From positions 8,248-72,247 of the forward strand of contig CAZGIL010000001.1 of assembly GCA_964526265.1 (NCBI GenBank): DNA of 64,000 bases, written 5' to 3'. The DNA comes from Candidatus Woesearchaeota archaeon (GTDB lineage Archaea > Nanobdellota > Nanobdellia > Pacearchaeales > GW2011-AR1). This document shows positions 1 to 9,911 of this stretch, one piece after another; the first letter of the stretch is position 1; the number at the start of each line of letters is the position of its first letter. The notes under the pieces were generated by a model. It was not told the DNA's origin, ran no database searches, and saw only the letters and a list, made by a program, of their open reading frames with translations. A program made the position numbers and the translations under genes.

Positions 1-1593
1 CCCATAAAGTAGAATTCCTCTTGATGGCCTAATTCCAAGACGCTTAAAACTCTCAGGATGTTTAAGTGGCCATTCAACCGCCTCTTTCAATTCTTGTTTA
101 ACAGAATCCAGTCCACCAACGCCATCCCAATCAACATTTGGAGTTTCAATCAAAACTTCTCTCATAGCAGAAGGCCTTACCACCTTCAACGCATCCCTAA
201 AATCCTCCATAGTAACAATTAGTTTCTCAAGAATCTCGGGAGCAATTTGTTCCTGCCCCTCATCCAAATTCATTGAAGGAAGAAGTTTTCTCAAAACATT
301 CATTGCAGCCTCTTTTGAAAGTGCTTCCAAATCTGCACCAACAAATCCATGAGTTAAATTTGCTATCTTAACTAAATCAACATCTTTTGTTAAAGGCATA
401 CCTCTTGTATGAATCTTAAGAATTGCTAATCTTCCTTCCTTACTTGGAACACCTACCTCAATTTCTCTGTCAAATCTTCCCGGACGTCTTAATGCTGGAT
501 CTAGGGCATTAACTCTATTTGTTGCTCCAATAACAATAACCTTTCCACGAGCTTTCAACCCATCCATCATTGTTAATATCTGCGAAACAACTCTTCTTTC
601 AACCTCTCCATGAACTTCCTCTCTCTTTGGAGCAATTGCATCAATTTCATCTATAAAAATTATGGAAGGAGCGTTCTTCTCTGCTTCTTCAAAGATATCT
701 CTTATTTTCTTTTCGGATTCACCATAAAACTTTGACATTATCTCTGGACCATTCAGCAAAATAAAGTTTGCTTCCGTTTCAGTTGCCACCGCCTTAGCTA
801 AAAGAGTTTTACCTGTGCCAGGAGGTCCGTGCAGTAAAACTCCTTTAGGTGGCTCAACTCCTAATTTTTGGAAAATTTCAGGGTGCTTCATAGGAATTTC
901 TACCATCTCTCTTATCTTCTTTATCTCTTCGGTTAATCCTCCAATATCCTCATAATGAATTTCTTGAAAACTATCTCCAGAAGTTTCAACGGCCTTAGGA
1001 TTAAGAGAAACTTCTGTATTCTCCGTAATAATTATCGGACCGATTGGACTTGAATTTACCACCATAAATTTTATCTGGGTAATTCCTCCTCCTAAATTTC
1101 CTCCGAATCCCATATTCTCAAAAATATCTCCAAACATATCATTCAACTCTCCGTAATCCTCTGATAACAAATCTTTTCTTCTCTGAACTCCTCCAAGCAT
1201 AACAATATCTCCTTTCATTACAGCTCTTCCCAAAAGTCCTCTCCTCAAACTTTCTGGATCTCCCTGAACCATAATCCCTTTTTGAGCAGGAGCAATAGTA
1301 ATTTTCTTCGCTTCCTTAATCTCAGCAGGAATGACATAAACCAAATCACCAACACCAGATTTAGAATTTTTTCTGAGAATACCATCAATTCTAAGTATTC
1401 CCTGTCCGATATCTGCCGGATAAGCTCTATCCGCAATTGCAACAGTTTCTCTTCCACCTCGGATAATAATTACATCCCCCCTAGAAATTCCAAGTTGTCG
1501 CATTATAGATTCATCTAATCTTGCAACTCCTTTGTAAGCATCATCTTGCAAAGCTTCAACAACCTTCAATTGTATTTTCTTTTCTTTAGGCAT
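1..1593 (-). CDS. cdc48: CDC48/VCP-like AAA+ ATPase (partial; C-terminal part lies beyond window start)
   Basis: Hand translation of the minus strand from ATG at 1593 gives [27 protein letters not shown]... (CDC48 N-domain), followed by a Walker [18 protein letters not shown], Walker [11 protein letters not shown] and the start of a second AAA module (GILLYG) at the window edge. Not in the ORF track because it runs off the window. Confidence 0.85.
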   Translation of the reverse strand, partial: MPKEKKIQLKVVEALQDDAYKGVARLDESIMRQLGISRGDVIIIRGGRETVAIADRAYPADIGQGILRIDGILRKNSKSGVGDLVYVIPAEIKEAKKITIAPAQKGIMVQGDPESLRRGLLGRAVMKGDIVMLGGVQRRKDLLSEDYGELNDMFGDIFENMGFGGNLGGGITQIKFMVVNSSPIGPIIITENTEVSLNPKAVETSGDSFQEIHYEDIGGLTEEIKKIREMVEIPMKHPEIFQKLGVEPPKGVLLHGPPGTGKTLLAKAVATETEANFILLNGPEIMSKFYGESEKKIRDIFEEAEKNAPSIIFIDEIDAIAPKREEVHGEVERRVVSQILTMMDGLKARGKVIVIGATNRVNALDPALRRPGRFDREIEVGVPSKEGRLAILKIHTRGMPLTKDVDLVKIANLTHGFVGADLEALSKEAAMNVLRKLLPSMNLDEGQEQIAPEILEKLIVTMEDFRDALKVVRPSAMREVLIETPNVDWDGVGGLDSVKQELKEAVEWPLKHPESFKRLGIRPSRGILLYG

Positions 1594-1967
1594 TATCTTT
1601 TTATCTCCTTTTTAATTTCGTTTCCCTCGACTTCGTGAAAATTAAGACTTAACTTTCCCATTTCCTCAAAACACAAATTAACCATATCGTCCATGAGTTT
1701 TCTCTGTTCACCCATAAAAGAAACAATCTCTTTTGGAATAGAAATTGCATAACTATTACCCACCATTCTCATCTTAACAGTAAATTGTTTATTCTTTAAT
1801 CCAACATATTTCAAATATTCCTGCTCGTCGACAGGGTGAATAATTTTATCATGACATTTAGGACAAATAACCGCTCTAAGAATAAATCCATTTCGTGCAA
1901 CTTGCGCTTTTTGCATTTTTGTATTGCATTTCTTGCATAAAATAGTATTATCAAATATATCTGACAT
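1593..1967 (-). CDS. Zn-ribbon protein with possible AbrB/SpoVT-like swapped-hairpin segment (hypothetical)
   Basis: CxxC...CxxC pair (CKKCN...CPKCH) then [14 protein letters not shown], which resembles an AbrB/MazE-type DNA-binding hairpin. Its stop overlaps the CDC48 start by 1 nt. Confidence 0.35.
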   Translation of the reverse strand: MSDIFDNTILCKKCNTKMQKAQVARNGFILRAVICPKCHDKIIHPVDEQEYLKYVGLKNKQFTVKMRMVGNSYAISIPKEIVSFMGEQRKLMDDMVNLCFEEMGKLSLNFHEVEGNEIKKEIKR

Positions 1968-2058
1968 AGTGTATACAGGGAAGTGTATACTATTTAAATC
2001 TTTCGGGATTACTCCAACCGAGAAAAACCCTTAAAAACGCTCAATAACTAACTCCTTT

Positions 2059-2682
2059 ATGAAAATAAAAGAGATTTGGAAAAAATTCTGGAATCTTCTT
2101 TGGAAAGATGACTCATGGAAAGGATGGTTATTCTCAATAGTTGTTTTGTTCATATTCATAAAATTCATTTTCTTTCCGGTTTTAGGGTTATTAACAGGAA
2201 CGACTCTTCCTCTCGCAATAGTGGAATCCTGCTCCATGTACCACGACGGAAACCTCCTTTCAAGTTTTGACGGATGGTGGCAAACTCACGAAGGAAAATA
2301 CAACGAATTAAACATAACTCAAAAAGAATTTTCGGATTTCAAAATGAGACGCGGATTCAATAAAGGAGATATATTATTTATCCTTGGAGCAAATCCAGAT
2401 AAATTAAAGGTTGGGGATATAATTATCTTTAGTGCAAATCAAAAAATTCCGATAATCCATAGAATAATCTCTATTAGAGAAGATTCTTCAACAGGGGAAA
2501 AGATATTCTCAACGGAAGGAGATAACAACAACGGACAACTTCCCGCAGAAAGAGAAATACGCGAAAATCAACTAATAGGAAAAGCTGTTTTCAAACTAGC
2601 TCCCTATCTCGGATGGGTAAAATTAATCTTCTTTGAATATCAAAAGCCTTCTTCAGAGAGAGGTTTCTGCGAGGAAAACTAA
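2059..2682 (+). CDS. Signal peptidase I (S26/Sec11-type), membrane anchored
   Basis: N-terminal TM segment, catalytic-Ser box-like SCSMYHDG, and GDIIIF resembling the conserved GDIVVF box of type I signal peptidases. Confidence 0.55.
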   Translation: MKIKEIWKKFWNLLWKDDSWKGWLFSIVVLFIFIKFIFFPVLGLLTGTTLPLAIVESCSMYHDGNLLSSFDGWWQTHEGKYNELNITQKEFSDFKMRRGFNKGDILFILGANPDKLKVGDIIIFSANQKIPIIHRIISIREDSSTGEKIFSTEGDNNNGQLPAEREIRENQLIGKAVFKLAPYLGWVKLIFFEYQKPSSERGFCEEN

Positions 2683-2758
2683 TCAAAAGTATTAAAAACC
2701 TCGAATAAATAGCCCCTCTATTACAAACGTTTAAAAAAGGTGCTTATTAAAACAACCA

Positions 2759-3067
2759 ATGGAGTTTTGTCCAAAATGCGGAGCGATACTTGTCCAGAAA
2801 GCGAAGAACGCTGGATGCCCTAGATGCAGTTATTCTTCTAAAGGTAAAATGAAAATTAAAACCTCCGAGTCTTTAAATGAAAGAAAGGAAGTTGTTGTTG
2901 TCTCTACAAAAGATGCCGAAACTCGTCCAATAGTTAACGAAAAATGTAAAGAGTGTGGAAATGAAAAAGCCTATTTCTGGACAGTTCAAACAAGAGCTTC
3001 AGATGAAGCCGAAACCAAATTCTTTAAGTGTACCAAGTGCGATCACACCTGGAGATCTTATAGATAG
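2759..3067 (+). CDS. tfs: Transcription factor S (TFS / RpoM-like), two zinc ribbons
   Basis: N-terminal CPKCG...CPRC ribbon. C-terminal TFIIS-type ribbon CKECG...QTRASDEAETKFFKCTKCDHTWR, matching the QTRSADE acidic loop. Confidence 0.8.
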   Translation: MEFCPKCGAILVQKAKNAGCPRCSYSSKGKMKIKTSESLNERKEVVVVSTKDAETRPIVNEKCKECGNEKAYFWTVQTRASDEAETKFFKCTKCDHTWRSYR

Positions 3068-3074
3068 TTCTAAA

Positions 3075-3191
3075 TGGCCCCGATGGGACTTGAACCCACG
3101 ACACCCGGATTTCTTCGAAAGCCTGTCCTTTCTCAGGACTCAACTTCGTTTCGTAAGAGTCCGGTGCTCTACCAAGCTGAGCTACGGAGCC
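3075..3191 (-). tRNA. tRNA-Lys (anticodon CTT) with a ~41-nt intron in the anticodon loop; CCA encoded
   Basis: Reverse complement folds by hand. Acceptor GGCTCCG/CGGGGCC with one G-U pair, D-arm GCTC-AGCTTGGTA-GAGC, anticodon stem CCGGA/TCCGG, loop CTCTTA|intron|A, T-arm GTGGG-TTCAAGT-CCCAT, 3' CCA. Confidence 0.7.
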
Positions 3192-3297
3192 ATAATAATC
3201 TTAAAATAAATCTGTTTAAAAAACTTCTCAAAGAACAAAAGATTCATTAACGTTTACAAATTATAGAAACTATTCTTTCAGGGGCGGTAGTTCTGGT

Positions 3298-3564
3298 TTA
3301 TTTAACCAGCTTCTGTATATTATCTATTGCATCCGCGACGTCTATTCCTTTCTTGGTGAGCTTTATTAGTTTAATTCGCCCCTTTTTTTCAAAATCCACT
3401 AACTTAAGCTCTTCCAACGTTTGCAATATCTTCACTGCGTGGCTATAAGTGCAATCCACTTCCTTAGCCAAAACACTACCATACCTCATCCTATTGTTCT
3501 TCTTCAAAGATACCAACATTAGTGCCGGCTTTCTCCTGAAAAAGATGTCGAAATTGTCTTTCAT
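3298..3564 (-). CDS. Small winged-helix DNA-binding protein (putative transcription regulator)
   Basis: 88 aa. The pattern VDCTYSHAVKILQTLEELKLVDFEKKGRIKLIKLTKKG fits recognition helix, wing and beta-hairpin of MarR/ArsR-like wHTH proteins. Confidence 0.5.
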   Translation of the reverse strand: MKDNFDIFFRRKPALMLVSLKKNNRMRYGSVLAKEVDCTYSHAVKILQTLEELKLVDFEKKGRIKLIKLTKKGIDVADAIDNIQKLVK

Positions 3565-3716
3565 TTTCGGATGTATGTGTTTTAAACTATATATTCAGAT
3601 GGTAGTGTCCTTTTAAATGTTTTGGAGTATTATATTCGTCCACAGCCAGTAATAAAAATTTAGGTAAAAATAATCAAAACAAATAATTTTATTAACAAAG
3701 ACTCTCTCAATTAATT

Positions 3717-4337
3717 ATGGTTACAAAATCAGGTAAAACCAAGATTCTAGCAATAGGAGATATCCATGGAGATACTGGATTAGTTAAAAAACTAGCCGAA
3801 AGAGCCAAAAAGGAAAATATTGACTTAGTAATTTTAGCGGGAGACTTAACTTTTGCAGAAACCTCAACAAAAAACCTAATCGGCCCATTCCTCAAAGCGA
3901 AGAAAGAGGTTTTAATCATTCCGGGCAACCATGAATCGGTTGCAACAATAAATTTTCTTGCAGATATGTACTCAAACACAAAAAACATTCATGGCTATTC
4001 TTTTCAAAAATACGATTTGGGTGTTTTTGGAGCGGGCTCCGCAGATATTGGAATAAATCAGACAAAAGATTCAGAAATATTTGAACTTCTAAGAAAAGGA
4101 CACGATAAAATAAAAGACTTGAAGAAACAAATAATGGTAACCCACATGCATCATCATGGGAGCAAGGCAGAGTTCTCTGGATGGCCAGGAAGCAAGGCGG
4201 TAAGAAAAGCAATTGATAAATTTCATCCGGATATTTTAATCAGTTCGCACATCCACGAAGCCGGAGGCATAGAAGAAAAGATAGGAAAAACAAGAATTAT
4301 TAACGTTTCAAGAAAGCCGAAGGTGTTTGAGATTTAA
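3717..4337 (+). CDS. Calcineurin-like metallophosphoesterase
   Basis: Motifs ILAIGDIHGD, LVILAGDLT, IPGNHE and a His-rich segment, the canonical metallophosphatase signature set. Confidence 0.7.
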   Translation: MVTKSGKTKILAIGDIHGDTGLVKKLAERAKKENIDLVILAGDLTFAETSTKNLIGPFLKAKKEVLIIPGNHESVATINFLADMYSNTKNIHGYSFQKYDLGVFGAGSADIGINQTKDSEIFELLRKGHDKIKDLKKQIMVTHMHHHGSKAEFSGWPGSKAVRKAIDKFHPDILISSHIHEAGGIEEKIGKTRIINVSRKPKVFEI

Positions 4338-4393
4338 ACCAACAACTTTATAAATAATCTCAAAGATAAAGAATTAACCGCAGAGGTTTCATA

Positions 4394-6868
4394 GTGAAAA
4401 AGAAACAAAAATCCCGTGCGGAGAAGACAGCCGAAAACTACTTCCCCGTGGACGAAGATGACCTTAAGAACACAACGGAAAAACAAATAAGACCCCCGTT
4501 ACCCAGAAAGGAATTTCTAAAAAAATCTATCGAAATTGAAGTAAAACCACAACTATCTGAAAAAGAAATTGTTAAAGGAACCGTAGAAAAAGCTTACAAC
4601 AAACCAGATAGGAGAGATTTAGAAAGTATTGAGGGTGTTGAAAGTTCAGAGAATGTTCCAAAAAAAACAAGAGGAAAAACTCGTTCAAGAAAACCTTCCC
4701 TAAAAACAAAAATAAGAAAAACAAAATCCCCACGAACAACCACAAAACAAGTAAAATATTCTCCAGAAAAAATAAGTCTTAAATCAGAAGGTTATGAATT
4801 AATAATAACCGAAAAACCGCAAGCCGCAAACAAAATTGCAACCGCCTTAGGAAAAGCAACCCAGAGAGTTTCAAATAAAGTTTCTTACTATGATTTAAAC
4901 AAAAACGGAAAAGAGATTGTAGTTGCCTGCGCAGTCGGACACTTGTTAACTTTAAAACAAAAAGTTATGGGTTCCCAAATTCCTATTTTTGATATTGGAT
5001 GGGTTCCAAATTACCTCGCAAGAAAAGGCGATTTCACAAAAAGGTATTATGATACAATAAAACAACTTGCAAAAAATGCGAGAAGTATTACAATCGCAAC
5101 GGATTATGATATTGAAGGAGAAGTTATAGGATTAAATGTTGTAAGATATATCTGCGGACAAAAAGACGCAAATAGAATGAAGTTCTCAACTCTTACTACA
5201 AAAGAAATAAATGATGCTTACGAAAATAAAAAACCCCATCTCGACTGGGCACAAGCAATTGCGGGAGAAACACGTCACTACTTAGATTGGTTTTACGGTA
5301 TAAATCTCTCAAGAGCGCTAATGAACGCAATAAAAACAACCGGAAGCTTCAGAATAATGTCTATTGGAAGGGTTCAGGGCCCAGCACTAAAACTAATTGT
5401 AGACAAAGAAAGAGAGATACTAAACTTCAAGACAGAAACCTATTGGCAGCCATTCATAACAATCAGCAATGGAAAAAACAAACTAGAATTAAAATATGTT
5501 AAAGATATTTTTAGCCCCGAAGGGGTCCCAAATTGGGACAAGGAAGAGCTAAAAAAGTTTGAGAACCTAAAAGGACAAAAAGCACAAGCCTCAACCACTA
5601 AGAGTGAAGAGATTCTCCCTCCAAATCCTCCATTTGATTTAACAACGCTGCAGACAGAAGCCTACAAATTTTATGGAATTACTCCCTCAAAAACTCTTCA
5701 AGCTGCACAATCGCTTTATCTCGGAGGACTAATCTCATATCCAAGAACCTCTTCCCAAAAACTTCCGGATTCAATTGACTACAAAACAATCTTAGAAACA
5801 ATGGCAAAAAAATACAAAGCCGAGAAATTAATAACAAAAAACAAACCAATTGAAGGTAAAAAAACAGACCCGGCACACCCTTCCATCTACCCAACCGGAA
5901 ACTTTCAAATTCTCTCAGGAGACGAAGAAAAGATTTACAATCTGATTGCAAGAAGATTTCTCTCTTTGTTCTGTGATGACGCAATAATAGACAAAAAAAG
6001 AATAGCCGCTATAACAGAAAACAATTTAACCTTTTCAACAAGGGGTTCGGCTATACGCAAAAAAGGGTGGCTTGAAGTTTATCCTTCCAAACTAAAAGAA
6101 ACCGAAGTTCCGGACATGGAAGGGGAAGTGGAGATTATAGACTCCAGAATAGAAGAGAAACAAACCCAACCCCCAAAGAGATTCTCACCAGCATCAATAA
6201 TCTCCGAGCTTGAGAAAAAAAATCTAGGAACAAAAGCCACAAGGGCAAATATTCTTGAAACACTCTACGATAGAGGATATGTAAAAGGGCAAAGCATAAC
6301 CGCCACTCCCCTCGGAATGTCCCTCATCGAAACCCTTGAAAAATACTCCCCAATAATAATTGATGAAAAGCTTACACGGAAATTCGAAAATGAAATGGAA
6401 TCCATAACCAAATCAAAGGGAGATTATGAAAAAAGAGAAGAAAAGATAATAAATGAGGCGAAAGAAACAATAACGGAGATTGCAAAAGATTTCGAAAAAA
6501 AAGAAAAAAGCATAGGAAAAGAACTCCTTAACGCCCAGAATAAACAAAGAAAACAACAGAAAATAGAAAATACTCTAGTACAATGTCCAAAATGCAAGAA
6601 AGGAAATCTCGCAATAACCTATTCACGCAAAAATAGAAGAAGTTTTATTGCATGTGATGCTTATCCCAACTGCAAAACTACTTACTCCCTTCCTCCAAAC
6701 GGAACAATAAAAAAGATAGATAATATTTGTGAAAAGTGCGGTTTCCCATTGCTAATGTCCTTAAGAAAAGGAAAGAAACCCTGGATTTTCTGTTTTAATA
6801 CTGAGTGTGAAACAAACAAAGAACGTTTAGAAGAATACCGTAAAAAGAAGGAAGCTAAAAATAACTAA
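4394..6868 (+). CDS. topA: DNA topoisomerase I (type IA) with ~130-aa lysine-rich N-terminal extension and C-terminal zinc ribbons
   Basis: Toprim region ELIITEKPQAANKIA. Type IA core. Two C4 ribbons CPKCKKG...CDAYPNC and CEKCGFP...C. The track starts at a GTG; the true start may be an internal Met. Confidence 0.85.
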   Translation: MKKKQKSRAEKTAENYFPVDEDDLKNTTEKQIRPPLPRKEFLKKSIEIEVKPQLSEKEIVKGTVEKAYNKPDRRDLESIEGVESSENVPKKTRGKTRSRKPSLKTKIRKTKSPRTTTKQVKYSPEKISLKSEGYELIITEKPQAANKIATALGKATQRVSNKVSYYDLNKNGKEIVVACAVGHLLTLKQKVMGSQIPIFDIGWVPNYLARKGDFTKRYYDTIKQLAKNARSITIATDYDIEGEVIGLNVVRYICGQKDANRMKFSTLTTKEINDAYENKKPHLDWAQAIAGETRHYLDWFYGINLSRALMNAIKTTGSFRIMSIGRVQGPALKLIVDKEREILNFKTETYWQPFITISNGKNKLELKYVKDIFSPEGVPNWDKEELKKFENLKGQKAQASTTKSEEILPPNPPFDLTTLQTEAYKFYGITPSKTLQAAQSLYLGGLISYPRTSSQKLPDSIDYKTILETMAKKYKAEKLITKNKPIEGKKTDPAHPSIYPTGNFQILSGDEEKIYNLIARRFLSLFCDDAIIDKKRIAAITENNLTFSTRGSAIRKKGWLEVYPSKLKETEVPDMEGEVEIIDSRIEEKQTQPPKRFSPASIISELEKKNLGTKATRANILETLYDRGYVKGQSITATPLGMSLIETLEKYSPIIIDEKLTRKFENEMESITKSKGDYEKREEKIINEAKETITEIAKDFEKKEKSIGKELLNAQNKQRKQQKIENTLVQCPKCKKGNLAITYSRKNRRSFIACDAYPNCKTTYSLPPNGTIKKIDNICEKCGFPLLMSLRKGKKPWIFCFNTECETNKERLEEYRKKKEAKNN

Positions 6869-7218
6869 TCAGAAGAAGAAAATTTTCTTCTTAAGTCTTT
6901 TAAACTACCTCTAAAAGCCTCTCGAGTAGTTTTGGACCCCATATCATACCTTTCTCCAGCGGGAGAAACCAAATAAAAAGAACCATCCTCTAAAACAAGC
7001 TGATGAGAAACACCACCAAGACTAATTGTTGGAATGGGCTCCCCTATCGTTTCAAAAACATCTTTTTTACCAGAAGCATTACAATTCAAAACATCCGCTG
7101 CCTGATTGTCTTCCCTAATCGCTCTTTCTTCAGGTGGAAGGTGTCTTTCAAAATAAGCACTTTCCATAAGATGACATCTCTCTGCATTAGATTGATCTTT
7201 CATATCACTCATTCCCAT
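6865..7218 (-). CDS. Conserved hypothetical protein (117 aa), slightly GC-richer than surroundings
   Basis: Uninterrupted ORF, 4-nt overlap with the topA stop. No motif recognised. Confidence 0.3.
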   Translation of the reverse strand: MGMSDMKDQSNAERCHLMESAYFERHLPPEERAIREDNQAADVLNCNASGKKDVFETIGEPIPTISLGGVSHQLVLEDGSFYLVSPAGERYDMGSKTTREAFRGSLKDLRRKFSSSD

Positions 7219-7252
7219 AGGTAATAGGTAAATTTAACCTTTATAAATATTT

Positions 7253-8470
7253 TTATACAAAGAAATCATTCAATCTTCTCTGTGTGGAAAGGGTTTTAAG
7301 CAACTTACTTCTTTCTAAAATAGAAGAATTATCAAAATTATACTTTATTTGAGAGATTTGCTTTGCCACATTTATTAGTTCCTCTCGAGAATTAAACTTT
7401 TTGGCGCCATTTCCAAGAGATTTTTTTACACTCTCTCTAACAACCCAAACTCCAAGCGCCGCCCAGTAAGTAGGAGTTTCGATTCTTACAACTAAAACAG
7501 AAGCTTGTCTTTTAATTGAATCCAAATACTTCAAAATAGGTAAACGAGTAGCATAATATCCTCCAGCTGTAGAAGAAGCATAACTCTTCCTTCCATAAAA
7601 ATCCTCATAATCAGTTGAAGCCTTTATTTCTTTAGAAGGATTCCACGAACTCCCAGGAAAGTATAATTCAAATAACTCATAACTCCAAACATTTGGGAAG
7701 AGCATTATAATATACTGGTTTCCGAGAAACTCCCCATAAAACATTTCATAATCTTCAATCCATTTGTAATCCCGAACTCTATTCAAAAGCATTTTTCCGA
7801 TTGTATCATCTGTTGCTGTAATACTCCATCTTGTTGGAACAAATCTTTTATTCTTCTTCAATCCTAAAACCCCAACACTCAAAATTTTATTTAACGGATA
7901 CTCATCAAATCCCTTCTTATACAACATTTCAATTCCCTCTGCCGCCTTTATCTCATCGTTTATCGCTTTATCAACATGCAAATCAACTTTAACATTCCCC
8001 ACAACCCTAGCACTCTTAAGCGGAGCCCCCATACTATGCGGAGTTGTAACTCTATTCTGTTTCCTCTTAAAATCCACCCCCCTTTTAAGTTCAATTTCAA
8101 CATCAACAGGCTTAGAAGCAATTGCAATTTCCTGCGCAATCTGAACAAACTTTCCAGAATTCCTAACATCTTTTACATTTGCTCTAAATCTCGAATTAAG
8201 CAAACTATCTCTCAGTCTTACAACATCCGCAATTCCGTAATTCTCCTGCGTCCAATATTTTTCGGCATCATAAACCCAAGCGTTCTCATCCCGTTCAAGA
8301 GGAGACATAATCCCAACATTTACTGTAGGATATCTTAATTTACTCCCAACAAAAACCGAAGGCGGAGAAATCGTATCAATCCTAGAAACCTTTCCCAACT
8401 CCTTAAATCTGCTCCTAAACTGAGATAACTTCTTTATCACTTCAAATTTTATGTTTTCTGCTGATTTCAT
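7253..8470 (-). CDS. Putative archaeal Nre-family DNA-repair protein with C-terminal PCNA-interacting (PIP) box
   Basis: ~400 aa, matching Nre family size. The extreme C-terminus TQRRLNDFFV fits the PIP consensus QxxLxxFF. Sits next to a RadB/KaiC-type ATPase. Confidence 0.45.
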   Translation of the reverse strand: MKSAENIKFEVIKKLSQFRSRFKELGKVSRIDTISPPSVFVGSKLRYPTVNVGIMSPLERDENAWVYDAEKYWTQENYGIADVVRLRDSLLNSRFRANVKDVRNSGKFVQIAQEIAIASKPVDVEIELKRGVDFKRKQNRVTTPHSMGAPLKSARVVGNVKVDLHVDKAINDEIKAAEGIEMLYKKGFDEYPLNKILSVGVLGLKKNKRFVPTRWSITATDDTIGKMLLNRVRDYKWIEDYEMFYGEFLGNQYIIMLFPNVWSYELFELYFPGSSWNPSKEIKASTDYEDFYGRKSYASSTAGGYYATRLPILKYLDSIKRQASVLVVRIETPTYWAALGVWVVRESVKKSLGNGAKKFNSREELINVAKQISQIKYNFDNSSILERSKLLKTLSTQRRLNDFFV

Positions 8471-8483
8471 TATCCCTCTTTAA

Positions 8484-9278
8484 TTAAAACAAACCCCTCT
8501 TAAAAATTCCTTCCTTCCTTATCTCAAAACTCATCTCTTTTTGGGGCAGACTTCGGTGCTTAAGCAAGATTGCCTTCCTCTTCCCATTATTATTCTTTAA
8601 CTCAATTATGCACTTGCTCCAGTACTTGAACAAATCTCCCCCAACAATATTCGTCGCTCTCTCCTTCCCGCTTTTCCATTCTTCTTCCGAAAGAAACTCG
8701 GAATAAACTTGGTTTGTAATTATAACCGGTATCTCCTGCTTTCGAGCAATCTCGGCAAGTATTCTCATTTGCGAAGCAACCTCCCTGTTTATAACTCGTA
8801 CCTTATCCTCATCATCAGTTTGCATCGCATCTCCTCTCTCTAATCGATAGAGCATCGCCATTCCGTCGACAACAATAAGCGATGCGTGTTCTTTTTTAAT
8901 GCTCTCAAGAAGAGTCGCAAAAACCTTTTTTTGTTCATTAAAACTTGTTGGATTTAAAATTAAAATATTTCCTAAAATCTTTTCATAATCCGCATCTCCA
9001 ACAATTTGCCTAACTCTATCAACAGAAAATCCTCCTTCGGTATCAATAAAAATAACCTTTCCTCCTTTCTTTGCAAGACTGCACGCAGCAAGAAGAACAA
9101 AATTGGTTTTCCCGCTTCCCGGCCCCCCCGCAATCATAGTTATAACGTCCTTTTCATAACCTCCAAAAAGCCACCTATTCAAATCAAAACTTCCTGCAGA
9201 AATCTTGTCTTCGCGAATTACCATGAACAAAGAAAACACACATTTGCTTATATAAATTGTTATAAAAGAAAATAGCAA
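8484..9278 (-). CDS. RecA-superfamily ATPase, RadB/KaiC-like
   Basis: Walker A GGPGSGKTNFVLL, Walker B hydrophobic-D run LIVVDGMAML. Single-domain RecA fold of ~240 aa. The first ~20 codons may be an upstream mis-start. Confidence 0.65.
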   Translation of the reverse strand: MLFSFITIYISKCVFSLFMVIREDKISAGSFDLNRWLFGGYEKDVITMIAGGPGSGKTNFVLLAACSLAKKGGKVIFIDTEGGFSVDRVRQIVGDADYEKILGNILILNPTSFNEQKKVFATLLESIKKEHASLIVVDGMAMLYRLERGDAMQTDDEDKVRVINREVASQMRILAEIARKQEIPVIITNQVYSEFLSEEEWKSGKERATNIVGGDLFKYWSKCIIELKNNNGKRKAILLKHRSLPQKEMSFEIRKEGIFKRGLF

Positions 9279-9287
9279 TAAGAAGGT

Positions 9288-9563
9288 TCACCTTTGAGTT
9301 TTAGGGTTACAGCCCGGAATAATTCTCAAAGAACCATCTTTCATCCTAACCCCATAATCTTCCACCCCATCACCGTCAAAGTCCCCAATTGGTTTGTAGC
9401 TCTCAACCTCTGTTATTTTAACTCCTGAAGCAGAAAGGGACTGTGTATAATGAATTTCCCGGCTAGTCCATCTTTGATGCAGAGTATAAAAAACTCCTAA
9501 ACTAATCACAGTCACTAAGCCCCAGACAGATAGATTTACAAGCAAACCCCCCAAATTTTTCAT
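9288..9563 (-). CDS. Small membrane-anchored protein with DGD-rich extracytoplasmic segment (hypothetical)
   Basis: N-terminal TM helix. FDGDGVEDYG resembles a Ca-binding/FG-GAP-like turn. Confidence 0.3.
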   Translation of the reverse strand: MKNLGGLLVNLSVWGLVTVISLGVFYTLHQRWTSREIHYTQSLSASGVKITEVESYKPIGDFDGDGVEDYGVRMKDGSLRIIPGCNPKTQR

Positions 9564-9608
9564 AAAAAAAAGAAAAATAGCCGATTAATAAAGATTACTA
9601 TCCTAAAT

Positions 9609-9911
9609 CTATTTCATCTTCTTAAAATCAGAAACAACCTTATCTAAATCTTTGGTAATCTTAGAAACCGCATCGTCAATTGCCTTTTTAGCTGTTTTTC
9701 CTTTTGTCGTTAACTTAAGAACCGGCTTCATTGTGGGATGATCTTGTCTCCAAGCAGTAAAACTAACTCCTTCATCTTGGTTAAGATAAACCCTCAAAAT
9801 TTCAACAATAGTAAGGTTATCAACTTCAATCTCCATTTCATCTTTTGAACTTTTCAGAACATTAACTTCCATGATAAGAGTGATTAAAAATGATTTATAA
9901 AGGTTTCTCAA
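9609..9911 (-). CDS. rpoL: DNA-directed RNA polymerase subunit L (Rpb11 homologue)
   Basis: MEVNVLKSSKDEMEIEVDNLTIVEILRVYL...VSFTAWRQDHPTMKPVLKLTT matches the RpoL pattern (E-[DE]HT-GN-L, then Y-HP-L). The real start is probably the internal MEVNVL. Confidence 0.6.
   Translation of the reverse strand: MRNLYKSFLITLIMEVNVLKSSKDEMEIEVDNLTIVEILRVYLNQDEGVSFTAWRQDHPTMKPVLKLTTKGKTAKKAIDDAVSKITKDLDKVVSDFKKMK

Noticed and set aside
2955-3209. 84-aa plus-strand ORF
   Set aside because: Overlaps the TFS 3' end in another frame and runs straight through the tRNA-Lys gene. Spurious.
3707-3988. 93-aa minus-strand ORF
   Set aside because: Lies entirely antisense within the metallophosphoesterase gene. 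Low-complexity hydrophobic translation typical of a shadow frame.
7976-8338. 120-aa plus-strand ORF and 69-aa minus-strand ORF inside the Nre-like gene
   Set aside because: Antisense or alternate-frame overlaps with a long well-formed ORF; Asn/Ile/Phe-rich translations are shadow frames of AT-rich DNA.
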